From Myxococcota bacterium (GTDB lineage Bacteria; Myxococcota_A; SURF-8; G963677705): DNA of 64,000 nucleotides. Made by a program: the position numbers and the translations under genes. Shown here piece by piece: positions 58,409 through 64,000 of this stretch. The notes under the pieces are model-generated. The model was not told the DNA's origin and searched no databases. It was given only the letters and a program-made list of their open reading frames with translations. Within the stretch, counting starts at the first letter, position 1. Every line of letters starts with the position of its first letter. The stretch is taken from contig OY782497.1 in assembly GCA_963677705.1 (NCBI GenBank), positions 4,703,603 through 4,767,602 on the forward strand, in the 5' to 3' direction.

Positions 58409-58503
58409 GCCGGTGGCGGCTGGTCCCTAACGGGAGGCTTACCCACCACAACAAGACGTGTGATTTTTGTAAACCTCGATGTGACTTACCTTGGAGGGAC
58501 AGG

Positions 58504-59790
58504 ATGAGTTTGTTCAGAATGATGAATATTGGCTATTCCGGAATGATTGCCAATAGCTTTGCCATGAATGTGATTGGCGATAATATCGCCAACATGAACA
58601 CCATTGGTTTCAAGAAGAGCCGTGCCGTGTTTGCTGATGTCGTCGGTTCCCAGGTGGCCGGATGGGTCGCCGGATCGCGCCAAGGCATTGGTACTGAAGT
58701 GCAAGACTCGGAGAAAATGTTTGCTCAGGGGAGTATGCTCAGTACCGGAAGCAGCTTGGATCTGGCGATCAACGGTAATGGGTTCTTTGTGGTCCGTGGT
58801 GATCATAATGGAATCAATTCCAACTACTACACCCGCGCTGGGCAGTTCCATGTGGATAAGGAAGGCTACCTGATTGATGTCCACGGTCTGCGTGCCCAGG
58901 GATACGGTGCCGACGACCAGGGAAACATTGTCGGTGGCGTGGGGGATATGTACATCGGTGATAAGTCCACCCCGGCGACGGTGACCTCGTCGATTACCAT
59001 GAACGCGAACCTTCAGGCCGATGTGGATTCCATCCCTGGAGGCTTTGATGTCGCCGATCCGGACAACACGAGTAATTTCTCCAACGTCGTGACGGTCTAT
59101 GACAGTTTAGGCAACGCCCATGATGTGACTGTCTATTTCACCAAAACCGCAGACAACACCTGGGACTACAACGTGGTTGTTCCCGGTGATGATCACACCA
59201 GCGGCACCGATCAGATCTGTGCGGCGGGAACCCTCACCTTCAATACGGAAGGGGCCTTGCAGAGCCAGACCACAACGATGGCCTCGGACTTTGACTTTGT
59301 CGGTGCAACCCAGGATCAGGTCATTGATATGACCTTCGGAGATCCCATCGCGGATGGTGGAACCGGTTTTTCGGGAACGACCCAGTATGCCTCGGATTAT
59401 AGCGTAACCTTCCAAAGCCAGGATGGAGCCAGCTCCGGCAACCTGCAAAGTGTCTATATTGATGAAGGTGGCTTGATTACCGGCGTGTTCTCCAACGGGG
59501 AAAAACGGGAAATCGGCCAGCTTGCCCTGGCAACCTTCAAAGGAATGGGCTTGGATGGCGTCGGAGGAAATCTCTATACCGCGACCAAGGAAAGCGGTGA
59601 TCCCAGCGTAGGCGCCGCTGGTACGGGGGGACGCGGGGGCATTCAGACCTCCATGCTGGAGCAATCCAACGTGGATCTTACCGAAGAGTTCGTGAACCTG
59701 ATTACCGCCCAGCGCGGATTCCAGGCTTCCAGCAAGTCCATCAGCACGGCGGACTCTCTGTTGCAGGAAGTGGTGAACCTGCGTCGTTAA
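58504..59790 (+). CDS. flgE: Flagellar hook protein
   Basis: VIGDNIANMNTIGFK, DLAINGNGFF, YTRAGQF, VYDSLG, LEQSNVDLTEEFVNLITAQRGFQA. Confidence 0.96.
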   Translation: MSLFRMMNIGYSGMIANSFAMNVIGDNIANMNTIGFKKSRAVFADVVGSQVAGWVAGSRQGIGTEVQDSEKMFAQGSMLSTGSSLDLAINGNGFFVVRGDHNGINSNYYTRAGQFHVDKEGYLIDVHGLRAQGYGADDQGNIVGGVGDMYIGDKSTPATVTSSITMNANLQADVDSIPGGFDVADPDNTSNFSNVVTVYDSLGNAHDVTVYFTKTADNTWDYNVVVPGDDHTSGTDQICAAGTLTFNTEGALQSQTTTMASDFDFVGATQDQVIDMTFGDPIADGGTGFSGTTQYASDYSVTFQSQDGASSGNLQSVYIDEGGLITGVFSNGEKREIGQLALATFKGMGLDGVGGNLYTATKESGDPSVGAAGTGGRGGIQTSMLEQSNVDLTEEFVNLITAQRGFQASSKSISTADSLLQEVVNLRR

Positions 59791-59820
59791 TGGTTGGAAT
59801 CGTTTCCTGCGGCACGTATC

Positions 59821-60266
59821 GCCGAGGGAATGTTGATCACGCCGGGAGATTCCCGGTAGGGGAGGGACCCCCGAAAGCATGTCGGTCCCAGGCACGGACG
59901 CCTTGCCAGGTGGAATCCATGACGCCGCGTCGACACGGACACGGATCAGGTTTTCGGGGCGACCGGCACGATATCCGACAAGGCACGGATGGCTTGTTCG
60001 GACAACGCAAGGATGGTGGCAATCAACGGAGCGTGGTTGGAAGACTACGCGAGAGAGTGAAGGGTACGGAAACGCTTTGCTTTTTGCTTGCCCAATGAAC
60101 CTTGGTTCATGGCAACCCGTTGGGCCTTGTTGGAACGAATGAGGTCGTCATCCTTGATATGGCATGATAAGGAAGGGATTGCTTATCATGCCGCCATTTG
60201 CCTCTGTAGCAACCATCTATGATGGATCTTCATCCAAAGGGAACTCCGAGCCTCGGAGTTCCCTTT
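59821..60266 (+). ncRNA. Candidate CsrB/RsmY-like CsrA-binding RNA
   Basis: 13 ANGGA motifs, several in hairpin loops, ending in a 15-bp perfect inverted repeat. No credible ORF. Confidence 0.55.
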
Positions 60267-60587
60267 CATCGTTTTGGCATCCCTTACCCGTTCTTGGCGC
60301 GATTACGTGTCAAAAGACCGACTTTTTCTGGAGAATGCGGGGGTGCTTCCCTCAGAGGGATTGGTTTCAGATCCTTGGGACTTCGGAGAAGCCAACTCTT
60401 CCTGCCTTGGATACCTCGGTATCACTGTCTCTTGAAAATTATAAAAAACACATAGATTCCAGTAAGAAAGGTCGCTTTTGCTTCTGGTCGTGTCAAGTCT
60501 TGTTCCCCGGCTGGAGGCAGATGTTTGCCCTTCGTGTCAAATTCTCAACCCGTCCAGGTTTTGGCATTGGAAAGGCATCTTTCAAGT

Positions 60588-60603
60588 TGGCACACATGAT
60601 GCT
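60588..60603 (+). promoter_or_regulatory. Sigma54 promoter of the motA operon
   Basis: TGGCACACATGATGCT, with exact GG-N10-GC spacing, about 80 nt upstream of motA. Confidence 0.72.
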
Positions 60604-60681
60604 GTATCGGGGTGTGGAACCAATCCTTCTTCGTTGAGTTGACTTGAAACCTGATCCACTGAACCGGAAGAGAGAAAGATT

Positions 60682-61458
60682 ATGGATCTAGCAACCATCA
60701 TCGGATTTGTAGCAACCTTCGGTATGATTATCGGTGCCATCCTGGTTGGTGGCTCTCTCGGTGACTTTCTGGATGTCCCGTCTATTCTGATCACTGTGGG
60801 TGGTACCTTCACCGCAACCTTCATTACCTATCCATTCAGTGAGGTAGGTAAGCTGCCCAAGGTCATCAAACATGCCTTTTTGTACAAAGGTACCGAGGTC
60901 AGCTCAATCATCCGCGAAATCGTGGAGACGGCCCAGTTGGCACGTAAGAAGGGGTTGCTTTCCATTGAATCCAACCTGAAAGACGACAGCCACCCGCTGT
61001 TGCGTCTTGGGTTGCAATTGGTGGTGGATGGTCACGAAGCGAAGGACGTTGATCAGATCCTGGGTACCGAGATGGAAGGAATGAAAGAACGCCACCGTCA
61101 AGGGGCCGACCTCTTTGGTACGATGGGCCTGATTTCTCCTGCAATGGGATTGATCGGTACCCTGATTGGACTGGTGCAGATGTTGAAGAACCTATCTGAT
61201 CCGTCCTCTATCGGTCCGGCAATGGCCGTTGCGTTGTTGACGACATTCTACGGCTCCTTGTTGGCCAACATCATTTTCAACCCCATTGCCAACAAACTGA
61301 AGACCCGTAGCCAGGACGAAGAGACGGTGAAGTCGATGATCGTCACGGGCGTGCTGGCCATTCTTTCCGGGGATAACCCGCGCATCATTGAACACAAGTT
61401 GAATTCCTTCCTGCCGAAGGTCCAGCATGTGGATGTCTTCAACGCCGGTGCAGAGTAA
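60682..61458 (+). CDS. motA: Stator A subunit (MotA/PomA family)
   Basis: DVPSILITVGGT, LGLQLVVDG, PAMGLIGTLIGLVQML, MAVALLTTFYG, NPRII. Confidence 0.95.
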   Translation: MDLATIIGFVATFGMIIGAILVGGSLGDFLDVPSILITVGGTFTATFITYPFSEVGKLPKVIKHAFLYKGTEVSSIIREIVETAQLARKKGLLSIESNLKDDSHPLLRLGLQLVVDGHEAKDVDQILGTEMEGMKERHRQGADLFGTMGLISPAMGLIGTLIGLVQMLKNLSDPSSIGPAMAVALLTTFYGSLLANIIFNPIANKLKTRSQDEETVKSMIVTGVLAILSGDNPRIIEHKLNSFLPKVQHVDVFNAGAE

Positions 61459-61492
61459 ACAGGATAACCCTTGAGAGCGACGGAGGTGCGTT

Positions 61493-62194
61493 ATGCCGCA
61501 ACCCGTAAAGAAAAAATTTATCGAAGTCAGAGATCCGGCAGCTCCCCTGTTTCTCGGCCTGATGATTATCATGCTTGCCTTCTTCATCGTCCTGAACAGC
61601 ATGGCCACCCAAGATGAAATCCGCACGTTGAAGGCTCTGGAAAGCATCGCCTTCGGCTTTGGAACCTCCGGGGGTAGCAATCGCGTGATTGATCTGAACT
61701 ACCAGGATTCCAGTCTGAAAGAACCGATGAGCATGGAAAAACGCCTGCGCCGCATGGTGCGTGACGTGTTCCTGAGCCAACGTGATCTTCGAGATCAGAT
61801 TCATTTCATGGAAGACGAGCGCAAACTGATCTTAACCCTGGATGGCCTGCTGACCTTCGGAAATAATCGTTCGGCTCTGAACCCGGTGGTCTTTCCGATT
61901 CTTGATCGTCTTGCCTCGATCATCCGTACCACCTCGCAGCCGGTCTACATTCAAGGTCACGCCGAGCCGGATGGTTCACCCAACCGGAACTACAATTACA
62001 TCCTGGCCGCCAAACGAGCCTGGAGTGTTTACACCTATCTGTTGGAAAGCGGACGGATTCCTTCACACCTGCTGGTACCGGAAAGCTTTGGCGACCTGGT
62101 CCCCCCGCGCAAGAACGCCCTGAGTAAAAACGCACCGGAATGGCGTCGGGTCAACCTCGTATTCTACAAGGATGAAGTCGATGTTCGACGATAA
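61493..62194 (+). CDS. MotB-like protein 1 (no conserved TM Asp; OmpA-like C-terminus)
   Basis: TM FLGLMIIMLAFFIVLNSMA, C-terminal IQGHAE...NYILAAKRA...RRVNLV. Confidence 0.82.
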   Translation: MPQPVKKKFIEVRDPAAPLFLGLMIIMLAFFIVLNSMATQDEIRTLKALESIAFGFGTSGGSNRVIDLNYQDSSLKEPMSMEKRLRRMVRDVFLSQRDLRDQIHFMEDERKLILTLDGLLTFGNNRSALNPVVFPILDRLASIIRTTSQPVYIQGHAEPDGSPNRNYNYILAAKRAWSVYTYLLESGRIPSHLLVPESFGDLVPPRKNALSKNAPEWRRVNLVFYKDEVDVRR

Positions 62195-62885
62195 GAAAAA
62201 ACAAAAAGTGGTGGAGATCATCTCCTATCCGGATGCCTGGATGCTCACCTTCAGTGACCTGGTAACCCTGATGCTCACGTTCTTCGTCCTGCTTCTGTCG
62301 ATGAGCCATATGGATACCGAAAAGGCCGCGATCATGTTCCAGGCGATGATTGACCAGAACAGCGGCATCAACCCCGTTGAAAACACCCGTCGTCTGATGC
62401 CTGCCACCCAGGATTTGTCGGCCCATGTCCCGCCACCACCGCACCAGACCGTGCGTGGCAACAGTCCCAAGGAATTGCATCAGAACCTGATGCGTTGGAT
62501 CAATAGCAATCGTCTGGAAAAGAACCTGAGTGTGAAACAGGAAGGCAAGGAACTGGTGATCCGGATTACCGATGACATCAGCTTTGAAAACGGATCGGCG
62601 ACCATTCCTGAAAAGCTGAAACCCATTCTGGCTACCCTGGCCAACCTGTTGGACAGCTACGAACATCACCGCCTGCGCATTGATACCTATTGCCGGGCGG
62701 AGGAAATGGACAGTGAAGAGGCGATGCGTTCCCTCTCTCTGCGACGGGCCACCACACTGGCCGAGGAATTGGGAAAACGCTCGGAAAACGACAGAATTGT
62801 TTCACTGATGGGGTATCCCCGTCCGCCCACCGAAGATGAAACCGACCAAGGGTATGTGGTCTTCACCATTAAGAAGGAGAAATGA
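62172..62885 (+). CDS. motB: MotB-like protein 2 (canonical TM Asp; degenerate OmpA-like domain)
   Basis: TM WMLTFSDLVTLMLTFFVLLLSMS, C-terminal SFENGSATI...LSLRRA but no GHTD. Confidence 0.88.
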   Translation: MKSMFDDKKKQKVVEIISYPDAWMLTFSDLVTLMLTFFVLLLSMSHMDTEKAAIMFQAMIDQNSGINPVENTRRLMPATQDLSAHVPPPPHQTVRGNSPKELHQNLMRWINSNRLEKNLSVKQEGKELVIRITDDISFENGSATIPEKLKPILATLANLLDSYEHHRLRIDTYCRAEEMDSEEAMRSLSLRRATTLAEELGKRSENDRIVSLMGYPRPPTEDETDQGYVVFTIKKEK

Positions 62886-62888
62886 ACG

Positions 62889-63470
62889 ATGGCCGATGAA
62901 GCGAAACAAGGTGGAAAAAGCCAACTTCTGATTGTTGCCTTGATTGCCCTGAATACCGTAGCCCTTGGGCTGGGTGGGTACTACATGCTGACCAAAGATG
63001 ACCAGGCGGCGACGCCTGCGCAGCAGGCTGTTGCTCCTGCGGTTCCCGGTGCCGAGGTTCCCGCCGGTCAAGGCGTCCAGCCCCAGGCTCAAGCGCAAGT
63101 CCCTGCTCCCGCCGAAGAAGAATACCCGGAAGAACCCCCGGCAGAGGGGGAAGAGGGGAAGCCCGTAGGTCCGAATCTCGTGGACCTGGAAAGTTTCCTG
63201 GTCAACCTGGATGAACCCGGTGTCAATCGTTACCTCAAGGTGAATTTGCAGGTTGAAACCCGACGCAAGAGTGATGCAGGCAAGTTGGAAGACTACAAGG
63301 TTCAGCTTCGTGACGAGATTTTAACCTATATGTCGAGCCTGAATCTTGATCAGACCCAAGGCATCGTGAACAAAGAAATCATCCGTGGAAACATCCGCAA
63401 CCGGATCAATCGTCTGTTGAAGTCGGATGTCATCAAAGGTGTCTATTTCACGGAATTTGTCATCCAGTAA
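62889..63470 (+). CDS. fliL: Flagellar basal body-associated protein
   Basis: N-terminal TM, FLVNLDE...RYLKVNL, LRDEILTYMSS, VYFTEFVIQ. Confidence 0.93.
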   Translation: MADEAKQGGKSQLLIVALIALNTVALGLGGYYMLTKDDQAATPAQQAVAPAVPGAEVPAGQGVQPQAQAQVPAPAEEEYPEEPPAEGEEGKPVGPNLVDLESFLVNLDEPGVNRYLKVNLQVETRRKSDAGKLEDYKVQLRDEILTYMSSLNLDQTQGIVNKEIIRGNIRNRINRLLKSDVIKGVYFTEFVIQ

Positions 63471-63527
63471 GCCAGACCGAGTCGGTGAACGCAGCCGGTA
63501 TTTTACGACGCAAACGCGGAGAGCCCT

Positions 63528-64000
63528 ATGTCGAACAAAGTTCTCAGCCAAGACGAAATCAACTCAGTCCTCAATGCGGTACAGCAGGGCAAGCTGGATC
63601 TGAGCGACGAAAACACGGATCTGCCTAAGGAACAACCGGTCAAGGATTTCGACCTGCTCAAGCAGGATCAGATCTCTCGCGGTCGCCTTCCCGGCATTTA
63701 CATGATTTTCGACCGCCTTTCCCGGCATTTGCAGGTCAACCTGTCCAGTTCCTTACGGAAAACCGTTGAGGTTCATGCCGAGTACGCCAGTATTATGAAA
63801 TACTCGGAATGTATCAATCAGGTCGTCAACTCCGCCTGCTTCGTCATTGTTCGCACGCCGCCCCTTCGTGGTTTGTCCATGATTATCTTTGAGCGTGTGT
63901 TGGTCTATTCCTTGTTGAATTCCTATTTCGGCGGGCCGTCCGATGGCTCCATCGGTAACCGAACCGGCAACGAGCAGGATTTCACCCCCATCGAACTGCG
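63528..64000 (+). CDS. fliM: Motor switch protein (runs off the window)
   Basis: Manual translation gives MSNKVLSQDEINSVL...DFDLLKQDQISRGRLPGIYMIFDRLSR. Confidence 0.92.
   Translation, partial: MSNKVLSQDEINSVLNAVQQGKLDLSDENTDLPKEQPVKDFDLLKQDQISRGRLPGIYMIFDRLSRHLQVNLSSSLRKTVEVHAEYASIMKYSECINQVVNSACFVIVRTPPLRGLSMIIFERVLVYSLLNSYFGGPSDGSIGNRTGNEQDFTPIEL

Noticed and set aside
59790-60142. Short ORFs after flgE as a possible flbD or other protein
   Set aside because: No FlbD motif, no RBS, and atypical composition. The GGA and hairpin pattern explains the region better.
60562-60577. Second GG-N10-GC motif (TGGCATTGGAAAGGCA) upstream of motA
   Set aside because: Poor -12 element (AGGC). The downstream motif at 60588 fits much better.

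Overview
Bacterial chromosomal window, apparently from a flagellated deltaproteobacterium-like organism (inferred from Myxococcota-type zinc-ribbon, FHA and MXAN_5187-like genes). All calls were made by eye from motifs; no database searches were run. The left half (1-35.5 kb) is housekeeping and accessory: pyruvate kinase (partial), a divergent transketolase, two RNA methyltransferases, three peptidases (PepD, M14, PepN), an OmpR/HK pair, a selenocysteine cluster (selC-selA-yedF-selB), rpmE, DUF1385, a zinc-ribbon double-FHA protein, a 1009-aa Cys-rich lipoprotein and a PHP-GT4 fusion. It also carries an intact archaeal-type tRNA-dependent amidotransferase operon (gatE-gatD). The right half (35.8-64 kb) is a flagellar supercluster: three tandem flagellins, flaG, a very large fliD, fliS, a TPR protein, a receiver-less sigma54 activator, flgBC, fliEFGHI, a motE-like gene, fliK, flgD, flgE, motA, two motB paralogues, fliL and fliM (partial). 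Much of the flagellar regulation is readable in the DNA: four sigma28 promoters, three sigma54 promoters and identical CsrA-type hairpins on all three flagellin leaders. A ~450-nt ANGGA-rich non-coding segment directly after flgE looks like a CsrB/RsmY-type CsrA sponge. Top leads: bacterial GatDE, the candidate flagellar CsrA-sponge RNA, and a possible split-function MotB heterodimer. No CRISPR array, rRNA or transposase gene was seen.
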